IMG/VR virus record: IMGVR_UViG_3300021411_000001
Location: 1 to 54,770 of that record
Length of the DNA: 54,770 nt
Direction: 5' to 3' (one strand)
From: a virus
Taxonomy: Duplodnaviria; Caudoviricetes
Made by a program: the position numbers and the translations under genes. Under the pieces are notes generated by a model that saw only the letters and a program-made list of their open reading frames with translations, searched no databases and was not told the DNA's origin. Positions 16,370 to 24,752 of this stretch are shown piece after piece. Every line of letters starts with the position of its first letter. Position 1 is the stretch's first letter.

Positions 16370-16503
16370 CAGACCTCGTCTTCACACTGGTCGCCGCATG
16401 CACACTCATGGAAGCCATCGCAGGTCTCCTGCAATATGCACTCGTGCTGACCACCGCATTGGTCGTCGTCATACGGCGACTCCCATTGGTAGCCACACCT
16501 CAT
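16369..16503 (-). CDS. Cys-rich acidic micro-protein (44 aa, 7 Cys)
   Basis: Hand-translated MRCGYQWESPYDDDQCGGQHECILQETCDGFHECACGDQCEDEV; TAATG and TGATG coupling. Confidence 0.55.
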   Translation of the reverse strand: MRCGYQWESPYDDDQCGGQHECILQETCDGFHECACGDQCEDEV

Positions 16504-16712
16504 TAAAGCACGCTGCGGTACGATCCGCTATGGTGTCCGCCGCGACTTCCGATAATGCGGAAGAGCACAAGAGGTCGTGGTTGCCACCCAGCTCTGCGCA
16601 TTATTACTATTGAGCGCCGCGTTGGCCTGCAGTTGCACTCGTCTTTTGGTTCATGACAGCCCTGGCACTCAGTGACGAGCCGCTTGACCTCTTCGTCCAG
16701 TGCCTTAAACAT
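16503..16712 (-). CDS. Small Zn-finger-like protein
   Basis: CQGC...CNC; coupled to its neighbours. Confidence 0.5.
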   Translation of the reverse strand: MFKALDEEVKRLVTECQGCHEPKDECNCRPTRRSIVIMRRAGWQPRPLVLFRIIGSRGGHHSGSYRSVL

Positions 16713-16932
16713 CCTTGATCCTTTCTGGCGGATTAGTCACCGCCTCTGGTCCGTGCACCACTGCAATGTTGAACAGCATCCCGTAGTTGACGCAATTGGG
16801 GTTGGCGCAGCTGGCCTTCATGTAGCGAGGGTCTTGACAGTGCATCGTCTCGCCGTTCGAGTTGGTAGAGTGAGTTATCATATAGCCGAAACAATGCGAG
16901 CATTGCTGGGTCGGTATGCCGATGCAGCTCAC
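16705..16932 (-). CDS. Small Cys-rich Zn-ribbon-like protein
   Basis: CSHC...C...CANPNC; GTGA overlap with the terS stop; GGAGG RBS. Confidence 0.55.
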   Translation of the reverse strand: MSCIGIPTQQCSHCFGYMITHSTNSNGETMHCQDPRYMKASCANPNCVNYGMLFNIAVVHGPEAVTNPPERIKDV

Positions 16933-17741
16933 TTGCCTCCCTCCGTCTTGATCTCGATCTCATTCCATTCCTTGCTGATGGCTGCGATGACGTCGGCATC
17001 CTTCACGTGGTGCGCCAGGACCAGCCCCATCCGATCCAAGAGAGCGGAGACCGCCTCCCAAGTCAGCGTGCTGGTCTGTTTCATCTTGTGTATTCGCTCC
17101 GCCATTCTGCCTACACGGTCGATGATGACAGATGCAGCCGAGACGTCGATGACCTCGACAGGCCGCTCGTTGACGGCCGATGCGATCATGCGACATGCCT
17201 TCTGCATCAATACTGGATCCTGGGTCCTGTCCGCATTGGCTGCTATAGTGATGGCTGGGGCGAAAGACTGCTTGAACGCGATGACTGCCTCGGTATACTC
17301 GTCCCGCCTCTCGACAAAATCGAGCACGATGGCGCGCAGCACCTCGACCTCGGGGGCAAGGTCGAGCGTGTCGACACCACTCTCCTTGACGCGCTGAATG
17401 GCATCAAGCAACGATGGCGACTGAACCTTCGAGTACAAGCCATGCTTGATGTGACCGGGCGAAGTGCCTCCATGATACTTGCACGATCCGGTGCCGGGAT
17501 GTGGGGTCTGGAAGCCCATGGGATTGGTGCAGGGCAGACCGTCCGTAGTGGTTGGCCTGCCGCAATGGGTATCTGGGTTATATTCACGTCGCCTTGGCGG
17601 CTTCGGTGGGTACAGTCCGCGCTTGTGCTCGGGCGTTCGGTCTCCGTCGACGTTGCGCAGCTCCTCAGCTGTGCCGAGCAGGCTGTGCATGCCCTCGTCG
17701 CCGAGCAAGTCGTCCTCTATTCCTAGCAGATCCTCTTCCAT
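16929..17741 (-). CDS. terS: Probable terminase small subunit (HGGxS Zn motif)
   Basis: HCGRP..PC..GTGSCKYHGGTS, IKHGLYSK, LAPEVEVLRA, helical C-terminus; upstream of terL in the late operon. Confidence 0.6.
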   Translation of the reverse strand: MEEDLLGIEDDLLGDEGMHSLLGTAEELRNVDGDRTPEHKRGLYPPKPPRRREYNPDTHCGRPTTTDGLPCTNPMGFQTPHPGTGSCKYHGGTSPGHIKHGLYSKVQSPSLLDAIQRVKESGVDTLDLAPEVEVLRAIVLDFVERRDEYTEAVIAFKQSFAPAITIAANADRTQDPVLMQKACRMIASAVNERPVEVIDVSAASVIIDRVGRMAERIHKMKQTSTLTWEAVSALLDRMGLVLAHHVKDADVIAAISKEWNEIEIKTEGGK

Positions 17742-17750
17742 CGTCTAACG

Positions 17751-17948
17751 CTATGCCTGCGTCGCAGCAGTTGTACATAGCTCAGCAAGAAATGCTTGGG
17801 AATGCTTGCACGTTAACCAGGACTTGTTCTGGCGCGGATTGAGGTGCAGCTTGTAGTTGCAGTCCCCTTCATGGCACTCGAATAGTGCGAAGTCCTTGGC
17901 TATCAGCTCACCCTTGTCAGCCACTTGCTTGCGCTCTATCATAGGCAA
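17751..17948 (-). CDS. Small Cys/His-containing hypothetical protein
   Basis: CHEGDC...CKH...C. Confidence 0.45.
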   Translation of the reverse strand: MPMIERKQVADKGELIAKDFALFECHEGDCNYKLHLNPRQNKSWLTCKHSQAFLAELCTTAATQA

Positions 17949-17952
17949 TCCC

Positions 17953-18387
17953 TTAGCATTGAATCATCCCAGGAGGTATTGTCGCCAGGTCGACCACAGT
18001 GCGCATGACCTTGATGATCCGGTCTTTCGACCAGTCCCGTGCGGCCGGGTGCGCTATGGACAGCAGTGGAGCCTTGCAGGCATAGTCTGACAGCTCGTGC
18101 GTTCGCTGCGCCACCTTGCCGCAGAGCAGTATCACGCTTGGGTACTTCCAAGACTCGAGCCACCTTAGGTTGTCACCGAGCCACTTCGGATCCGGTTCCC
18201 CATGACGATTCGCATTGCCGACCACATACTTGCACGCATCGGTGACTAGGAGGTCCGTGTCCTGGCCGACCAGCTTGTAGAGCATACGGCCGGAGTGATT
18301 GGTCCTGCTGATGCGGAACGCCCTGGGCGCGACCCGGCCCTCGTACTTGGGATCCCAGTATGTGTCCAGCACCGCGATGATCCTCAC
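17953..18387 (-). CDS. Uracil-DNA-glycosylase-fold-like protein (144 aa)
   Basis: GTG start overlapping the upstream TGA; SGRML, VTDAC, VILLCGKVAQ and AHPAAR resemble UDG-superfamily motifs. Confidence 0.45.
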   Translation of the reverse strand: MRIIAVLDTYWDPKYEGRVAPRAFRISRTNHSGRMLYKLVGQDTDLLVTDACKYVVGNANRHGEPDPKWLGDNLRWLESWKYPSVILLCGKVAQRTHELSDYACKAPLLSIAHPAARDWSKDRIIKVMRTVVDLATIPPGMIQC

Positions 18388-18596
18388 TGGGTCGGCTCCA
18401 GGACCATGCACTCGCGAAACCTGCGGCCAGACATCTGGCGCGCGGACTTCTCGCCCTTCCGATTGAGACACGTCTCGCACTGAACATGCTTCGCACCGGC
18501 TAGCACATACTGCACGACCGTGTGGCCCGCATTGGCATGGTGGTCGATCATGAACTGTACAGTGCTGAATGCTGTGGGCTGCGCGATGACTCTCAT
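18384..18596 (-). CDS. Hypothetical protein (CxxC)
   Basis: ATGA/GTGA coupling on both sides. Confidence 0.45.
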   Translation of the reverse strand: MRVIAQPTAFSTVQFMIDHHANAGHTVVQYVLAGAKHVQCETCLNRKGEKSARQMSGRRFRECMVLEPTQ

Positions 18597-18826
18597 GCTT
18601 GCATTCCCTTTTTGGTGTCGTGGCCATGCGATTGCCAGCGCTCAATGGCCATGTCGCGAGCGATTACTTTGCGAGCTGATCTTGCGAGATGTGCCAGCCT
18701 TTGGCCGACGTAATCGTACGCTGCCCGGCGCAGTGCTGCTCGGGTGCGCTGCCGCGTCGGTACCTTCTCTATGGCGATGTGTTCGTGCGGATGCCAAGTG
18801 TTCGCTTTGCTATTGAATGATCTCAT
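18593..18826 (-). CDS. Basic hypothetical protein
   Basis: MRSFNSK start after GAAGGAG. Confidence 0.45.
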   Translation of the reverse strand: MRSFNSKANTWHPHEHIAIEKVPTRQRTRAALRRAAYDYVGQRLAHLARSARKVIARDMAIERWQSHGHDTKKGMQA

Positions 18827-19067
18827 GCTCTCTCCTTCTAATTTCCAGCGGTGATGACGGACCGGACAGTTTGACTTCCAGCACATTTCGTCGATCAGCT
18901 GTCTCACGGGCCATCATCGCATCATTGTGCTGCTTTTGGGGGACGAAAAGGCCCAGTTTTACTTCGACGCCGTTCCGGCGTTCCGCACCTGGAAAGAGCA
19001 GGCTGGTTGTCAGCGGATTGTCAGCGGCCAGACCCAGCGCTCGGGTACGTCCAATTGCAGCGCTGGA

Positions 19068-19397
19068 GTGCGGGATGTGCAGCTTTTTAGGCCTTTTGTA
19101 TGCTCTAGGAATTTTTCGGGTGTTTTTGGGTGTATCTGAGGGTATTTCATAGTTTTCTGGTATAACTTAAGAAATAAGCTGCACATCCTGCACATCCCAT
19201 ACTCCCTATAGATAACAAAGGACTTATGGATTCTCCAGCAGCTGCACGCCAGTTGCACATCCTGCACGCCTTGTGGCGTCGCGGAGGCCCGGGCCCTTAG
19301 GTTATACCTCCCGGGAGTCAATTAAGCGCCACGGAGGTACGTCGTGGAGTCATTTAGGTGTGCAGCATGTGCAGGTAGGTGCAGGTAGGTGTGCAGC
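19068..19397. repeat. Putative replication origin: TGCAC-core iterons in both orientations around an AT-rich spacer
   Basis: 18-bp inverted pair 19068..19085 / 19176..19193 (one mismatch) flanking an AT-rich tract; further TGCAC/GTGCA copies at about 19241-19270 and 19360-19397; directly downstream of the primase-helicase gene. Confidence 0.6.
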
Positions 19398-21581
19398 TTA
19401 TCCCGCGTTCGAAAGGGCCTTGCGAATTGACTCCGAAAGGGCCACGAACCGGTACGCGTTCTTCCTCTCGTTGTCAGCGGGATCTGTCAGCAGAGTTCGG
19501 GTCGTAAGGGGCAGCATTTTAGAGACCGCGCGGCCTACCTGTTCGGACAGCCCGGAATACGCGTTCGTCTTCAGCCCTTCGCTGGACATATGGCCCACGA
19601 ACGAGGCGTGCAGGTCCTTCCTGAACGCGCACTGGACGCCGCCGCGCTCGAAGCACATCGCCTCGAGCCGGCCGTCCTCCATAATGGCCAGGAGCCACTG
19701 CTCCGCGGCCGCCATCGACCGCCGCTTCTGGTCGCGCAGGCCAGCTGTGTTCGGCCGATCGTCGAGAGGGTGGAAGACCGCAATGTCCCGCTCGAGCAAG
19801 TCCTTCAGCATCGCTTCATAGCCACCCTCATCGAGCTGCTTGAATAACGCGTCGAAATAAGCCCGACTGCGCTTCTCATCGGCGGTCCGGAAGATCGCAT
19901 AACGGCGGTCATCCCAAGCCACTGGAGCGACCCAATCCTCATTGGATGCCATGATAATGTGGAGCAGGTTCTTGGCCCATACAATGTCCGCGCCCTTCCG
20001 CTCATAGGCCAGGCGCTTCTCGGTTATCATTCCTTTGAGCACAGACTCGGCCTCCTTGTTGCCCGACCACACCGCCTCGTCTGCGAACAGCACGACCTTG
20101 TCCCGAAGGTGGTGGTTGAACCGGCCTGTAAGATGCTCTCGACTTCGGATCTCTGCACCATGTGCGCCGAACAGACGGGCGAGTGCGGATCCCAGGGCGC
20201 CTTTGCCGACTCCCTGTCCGCCCTGCATAACGAGTGCGACCTCACCTGGTTTGTCTGGCCTTTGGACTGTGAGGGCGCACCAGTCCATTATGTAGTCCGC
20301 TACAGCTTGGTCCCCTGCAGACAAGATCTCGAGGATGTGGGCCTTCAGCAATGACCAGTCCCCTTCCTTCGGATCGACAGCAAACCCGCGCCACAGGTTC
20401 AAGCGGCCATCGGCCGTCCTTTTACCTTGGAGCGGTTCGAGGGTAGCACCGACATAGGTCTCCTTCTTCCTGTAGTTGTCGAACCAGTACTGGCCTGCTG
20501 GAATGTAGCGAACCTTCTCGCCCGAGGGGATCTCCTCATCGCGCATCTTGAGGACCGCTTTGGTCAGTTTGAAGAACTGCTCAGACGCATACCACGACCG
20601 CTCACCTTCACGCGTGGGCTCATTCTCCACTACATAGACCTTGCCGCCTTCCGCTACTGCGCAGAACTGCCTGGACAGCATCTGCATCGGCGTCTCTTCG
20701 ATCTCCTCGTCGTCCTCTACTATGCCGTCGAAGTCCGACGCTGCACGACCTGCGGGCAGGCCGACCTTGCTGTCGAGGGCCAGACTTCTCAGCGTGCCTA
20801 TCCCTGAGTTGCCGGGCTTACCCGCTGTGAAGGACCTCCACCTCGCGCGATTCGTTTCCACTGCATTACTATACATGGGGTCACGAGCAGACCAGGCCAG
20901 GAATTCATCCTCACCATCACCGCCTGTTACTTCATGGCAGGCGCTAGCAATACGTAACCAGTCATCGTTAGTGGACGCTATGACCTCAGGGTCGAGCTGG
21001 GCCAGGAACTCGGCCAGCATCTCAGGTGTCCAGTCGGCGTCCTCACTTAGCTGTGCAGGCCTTTCCTTCTTCTCGAGCAATGCAAGCAGACTCTCCGGTA
21101 CATTTGATGCTGGAAGGCCGGGGCTTGCCAGGTCCCACTCATATTCGCCGAACCCCGTCTTCTTATATGAGCAGCCGACCGCCACCACGTAGTGGCCCTC
21201 GCTCAGGAAGTCGATGCCTGGATAGTCCTTGAGGTGCACCACTGTCTTGTGGTCTGCCGGCTTCTTCATGAAGTGGTGCAGCCCTCCGCTCGGTGTGCAC
21301 ACAGTTGGGAAGGATCCCAGATCCAGTCCAAGAGCTCGTGCGCTGCCTGCCCCGTTAAGGCGGGGATTCTTCACGTCCACATCCACCACCAGGTCCTCGG
21401 GACCGAGACGCACACCGAAGTGCGGACCTACTATGTTGTAGTGTTCGGCGAGGGACTCCATATCTAATGGAGGGGTCGTGGCCAGTTGCCATCCGCTTTG
21501 GGTCGGCACATTGTCCGGCCCGAGAGGGATGAGCTCATAGCCATAGTTCATCAACTCTAGGAGGTCGTTAAGATTGTTCAC
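19398..21581 (-). CDS. Bifunctional primase-polymerase / PriCT-2 / SF3 (DUF5906-like) helicase
   Basis: VVDVDVKN, TPSGGLHHF, WLRIASACH..FLAWS, Walker A GGQGVGKG, FADEA, IIMASN, DDRRY. Confidence 0.9.
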   Translation of the reverse strand: MNNLNDLLELMNYGYELIPLGPDNVPTQSGWQLATTPPLDMESLAEHYNIVGPHFGVRLGPEDLVVDVDVKNPRLNGAGSARALGLDLGSFPTVCTPSGGLHHFMKKPADHKTVVHLKDYPGIDFLSEGHYVVAVGCSYKKTGFGEYEWDLASPGLPASNVPESLLALLEKKERPAQLSEDADWTPEMLAEFLAQLDPEVIASTNDDWLRIASACHEVTGGDGEDEFLAWSARDPMYSNAVETNRARWRSFTAGKPGNSGIGTLRSLALDSKVGLPAGRAASDFDGIVEDDEEIEETPMQMLSRQFCAVAEGGKVYVVENEPTREGERSWYASEQFFKLTKAVLKMRDEEIPSGEKVRYIPAGQYWFDNYRKKETYVGATLEPLQGKRTADGRLNLWRGFAVDPKEGDWSLLKAHILEILSAGDQAVADYIMDWCALTVQRPDKPGEVALVMQGGQGVGKGALGSALARLFGAHGAEIRSREHLTGRFNHHLRDKVVLFADEAVWSGNKEAESVLKGMITEKRLAYERKGADIVWAKNLLHIIMASNEDWVAPVAWDDRRYAIFRTADEKRSRAYFDALFKQLDEGGYEAMLKDLLERDIAVFHPLDDRPNTAGLRDQKRRSMAAAEQWLLAIMEDGRLEAMCFERGGVQCAFRKDLHASFVGHMSSEGLKTNAYSGLSEQVGRAVSKMLPLTTRTLLTDPADNERKNAYRFVALSESIRKALSNAG

Positions 21582-21638
21582 TCTCTAATCTTACCTCTCT
21601 TAAGGACGACTGCGAACCAACAGGACGCAATTGCTTGA

Positions 21639-21666
21639 TTGCACAGTCTGCTCAGTCGTACATAAT
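21639..21666 (+). promoter_or_regulatory. Sigma70-like promoter of the rightward replication operon
   Basis: TTGCAC-N16-CATAAT upstream of AAGGAGG-ATG at 21700. Confidence 0.45.
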
Positions 21667-21699
21667 AGGTCCTGTTCGCAATACACAAAGGAGGACAGC

Positions 21700-22092
21700 A
21701 TGTTCGAAAAGTTCATGGCGATTATGGCGGCGATACTCACGACCCTGCAGAGCATCGATAAGAAGCTCGAGGCGATTGAGTTCCCCACAGAAGTTCCGGC
21801 AGTTGATGCCCCACTGGCGGCCGAAGCACCGGGTAAGGTGATTCCCTTCGTTAAGCCCGCAGAGAAGGAAGAGGAAGACGACCTGACGGGCGACGCCCCA
21901 AAGGCCAAGCCAGCGAAGAAGCTCACGCAGGCCGATATCGTGGAGGTCGTGCGGGCCGGAGTCGAACGGGTCGGGAGAACCGATGTGAAGGCCGTGCTGG
22001 TAAAGTACGGCGCAGCACGGGCCACCCTGGTTACGGAGAAGGACTATGACGCCTTCTTCAAGGAGGTCGCAGCGCTGCAGCCCAAGGCATAG
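21700..22092 (+). CDS. Conserved small protein of PolA/DUF2800 replication modules
   Basis: Acidic/Pro-Lys linker, then VKAVLVKYGAARATLVTEKDY; strong RBS. Confidence 0.65.
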   Translation: MFEKFMAIMAAILTTLQSIDKKLEAIEFPTEVPAVDAPLAAEAPGKVIPFVKPAEKEEEDDLTGDAPKAKPAKKLTQADIVEVVRAGVERVGRTDVKAVLVKYGAARATLVTEKDYDAFFKEVAALQPKA

Positions 22093-22185
22093 CCGAACCA
22101 GCGGAAGCTGGCCACGGCGCGGTGGGGTAGCCGGCAGCGTTGGGCCGTCGGCGCCCCGTCAACAACTCTAACAATGGAGGATACG

Positions 22186-23163
22186 ATGATGAGACTACTC
22201 ATAAGGCTCGAGCGGCGCGATGGCGCATGCGTCGAGACACGACACGAGATTGCAGACCATGCGATATTTGGCTGGCCTGCGTTTGTTTCCCAGGTCCTGC
22301 GGCCGGCATTCGAAGGCCTGAAGAACCTGGGAACCGGAAGAGTTATGGGCTTCCTCGGCTTCGAGGATGGCACAGTCGCTTACAGTGACTACAGCCGAGA
22401 GACGCGGCAGAAGAGCCAATATGCAGCGGAAATCGACAGCCTGCGCCAGCAGCTCAAGCTGTCCAGGGAAGAGACTGCCGCGATTCAGAAGATCGCGGAC
22501 GGCCGGCAGTACGAGATCAGCCAGCTGAAAAAGGAAACGACGGAACTGAAAGCCAAGCTCAAGAAAGCCTTTTTCTTCCCCGACTTCCCATTTGCTCCAT
22601 TTCCGCCGCCCCCATTCCCGTTATCCGGTGCTGCACTGCGGTTCAGCACGGTCAATGACCCATTCAGCTTCGGTCCAGACGTCTCTGGGGTCCAGCCAGG
22701 GCCGACATGTGAATGCGGATCGTGCAAAGAACAATTCAAAGTCGAACGGGCAGAGATCGCAATGAAGAAAGCACAGGATAATCGCGAAGAGAAGCGACTC
22801 CGGTACATCGCTGCGGACCAAGCATTGGCCGACGCGCGTACCAAGGTTAACAAGGCATTCAAGGCTCGCGACGAGAAGCAAAAGGACTTCCAGCAAGCGA
22901 GCGACGAAGCGGACAAGGCAACCAGTTTGTACAAAAGCCTCCAATTCGAGCGCATAAACTGGCGCCGCGGTGATGTCATCGAAGTGCGCAAGCCAACGCC
23001 TTACACGCGATTTGCCAATGTGCCCAAGCACATTGTCAACAACCGGACTGCAGCGAACGTGGAGTACAGGAAAGCCCTGCTCAACCAGGGCGTCAACCCT
23101 GACCAGCCGACAGTGCAGGAATTCGAGTTCTTCACAGACACGTACAAAATCTGGAACACCTAG
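22186..23163 (+). CDS. Coiled-coil hypothetical protein with a Pro/Phe-rich insert and CxCxxC
   Basis: GGAGG RBS; long ORF with phage-like codon usage. Confidence 0.7.
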   Translation: MMRLLIRLERRDGACVETRHEIADHAIFGWPAFVSQVLRPAFEGLKNLGTGRVMGFLGFEDGTVAYSDYSRETRQKSQYAAEIDSLRQQLKLSREETAAIQKIADGRQYEISQLKKETTELKAKLKKAFFFPDFPFAPFPPPPFPLSGAALRFSTVNDPFSFGPDVSGVQPGPTCECGSCKEQFKVERAEIAMKKAQDNREEKRLRYIAADQALADARTKVNKAFKARDEKQKDFQQASDEADKATSLYKSLQFERINWRRGDVIEVRKPTPYTRFANVPKHIVNNRTAANVEYRKALLNQGVNPDQPTVQEFEFFTDTYKIWNT

Positions 23164-23170
23164 TAGGAAT

Positions 23171-23195
23171 GGCGGTGGCCACAACGGCCACCGCC
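23171..23195 (+). promoter_or_regulatory. 10-bp GC-rich hairpin without U-tract
   Basis: GGCGGTGGCC-ACAAC-GGCCACCGCC. Confidence 0.5.
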
Positions 23196-23228
23196 TAAAC
23201 AAGAATTACGGGAAAGGACAAGACTGAA

Positions 23229-23756
23229 ATGAAGAGAATCACTTTGGCCATTCTGATCCTGCTGATGGTAGTCGTCAGCGTCTACGCCTACGGGGTCCAT
23301 GACTGGAACGGCCAGTATGCGACTATGGATTACGCGGACTTCGTCATCGGCGGTTGGCCGGCAACGGGCGGAGGTGCGATGACCGTCACCGCACCATATG
23401 CGGCCGGGGTATCCCCATCGAATGTGCTCACCAACAGGTACTCCATTGACACATACAGAAAGACAATCCACTGGGTGCTCGACCTGACGGACCTGAACAT
23501 CGGCGGGACCAGGACAAACCAGTTCATCGCTCTGAAGATCCCTGAAGGTAAGTACGCCAATGCGACGGTGCAGAAGAGCTGCCTCGCGTCGGACAACAAC
23601 GGGACGGCCAGCTGGTATCCGTGCTACTTCATACAGTCGGAGTGGCTGCAATACCTTTATGTTCGCAGGATCGACCAACAGAACTGGCCGGCGACGACAA
23701 CCTTGAGGCTGGACATCGACACCATCATCGAGTATGTCGACCAGCCACCCCAATGA
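23229..23756 (+). CDS. Secreted beta-rich protein (signal peptide, one Cys pair)
   Basis: MKRITLAILILLMVVVSVYA|YG; mature part resembles fibre-tip beta domains. Confidence 0.7.
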   Translation: MKRITLAILILLMVVVSVYAYGVHDWNGQYATMDYADFVIGGWPATGGGAMTVTAPYAAGVSPSNVLTNRYSIDTYRKTIHWVLDLTDLNIGGTRTNQFIALKIPEGKYANATVQKSCLASDNNGTASWYPCYFIQSEWLQYLYVRRIDQQNWPATTTLRLDIDTIIEYVDQPPQ

Positions 23757-24031
23757 GCGACCTAGTAGTAAGCACCTTAGTGGTGGCTGCTCTAGTGGCC
23801 ATTATCTTTATGCTGGTTGCCGGCGTAAATGCATGGCATAGCCAGAAGGAGTCTCTTAGTCGGCCGATGACATTGCTGACTATCAAGCCCTTCATGCTGG
23901 AAGGCAGCGAAGCGTACTATCTCATGATCGACCATAAAAGCCGGCTGTTTGGGATTTATGCCCAGGATGGCCGACTCATCAAGAAGGGGGACATTGTATG
24001 GGAGTCCCTCTTTGAAGGGAAGGAGAAGTAA
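23753..24031 (+). CDS. Membrane-anchored hypothetical protein
   Basis: ATGA-coupled start MSDLVVSTLVVAALVAIIFMLVAGV. Confidence 0.55.
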   Translation: MSDLVVSTLVVAALVAIIFMLVAGVNAWHSQKESLSRPMTLLTIKPFMLEGSEAYYLMIDHKSRLFGIYAQDGRLIKKGDIVWESLFEGKEK

Positions 24032-24225
24032 TGAACCCGACGGCGAAGCTGCAGGTCAGGCATCAGCGCTACCCAAAGATTGCCATGGCCAGGTTATTCG
24101 CCATGGTTCCAGTGTGGTTCCTCTACCGCTGCCTCGCGGCGGCGGTAGGGGTAACCCGCGAGACCTACGGGATCTACCGGCTGCTGAGAATACAGATCAG
24201 ACTGAACAGGAGAAGAGGAAGATGA
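24031..24225 (+). CDS. Small hypothetical protein
   Basis: TAATG/ATGA coupling; AAGGAG RBS. Confidence 0.5.
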   Translation: MNPTAKLQVRHQRYPKIAMARLFAMVPVWFLYRCLAAAVGVTRETYGIYRLLRIQIRLNRRRGR

Positions 24226-24752
24226 AGTTCCCGCATGTGATGCTCGACCTTGAGACGATGAGCAGCGACCCGACAGCCGCGGTCATACAGATAGGTGCAG
24301 TGCCATTCAGCCTCGAAGACATTGGCCCCGGGTTCAAGACGACAATAGATCTCGAGGACTCGATGCGGTACGGCACAGTATCCGGCCCCACGATCAAGTG
24401 GTGGATGGAGCAGGCTGACGCAGCACGTAAGTCTGTAATGTCCGGCACGAGGACCCTACGCCAGGGATTGCAGGATTTCGGCGACTGGATGCGCGGGCTC
24501 GAGGGCGGCGGCCATAAAGTCTGGGCCCACGCCACGTTCGACCATCCCATTCTGCTGAACGCGTACAGCAAGTCCAACCTTATCCGGCCGTTCCACTACC
24601 GCCAGTGCCGCGACCTTCGCACCCTTGAGGAATTCTGGGGAGGCGGAATTGAATGGCCCTCACGCAAAAACGTCCATCATGATGCGCTCGACGACGCCAT
24701 CTTCCAGGCAGAGGCAGCTCGGCTAATGCTGCGAAAGGCGTGGGGCAAATGA
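24222..24752 (+). CDS. DEDD 3'-5' exonuclease (DUF5051/Rv2179c-like)
   Basis: VMLDLETMS, IQIGAV, TIKWW, FDHPIL, RDLRT, HDALDDA. Confidence 0.85.
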   Translation: MKFPHVMLDLETMSSDPTAAVIQIGAVPFSLEDIGPGFKTTIDLEDSMRYGTVSGPTIKWWMEQADAARKSVMSGTRTLRQGLQDFGDWMRGLEGGGHKVWAHATFDHPILLNAYSKSNLIRPFHYRQCRDLRTLEEFWGGGIEWPSRKNVHHDALDDAIFQAEAARLMLRKAWGK

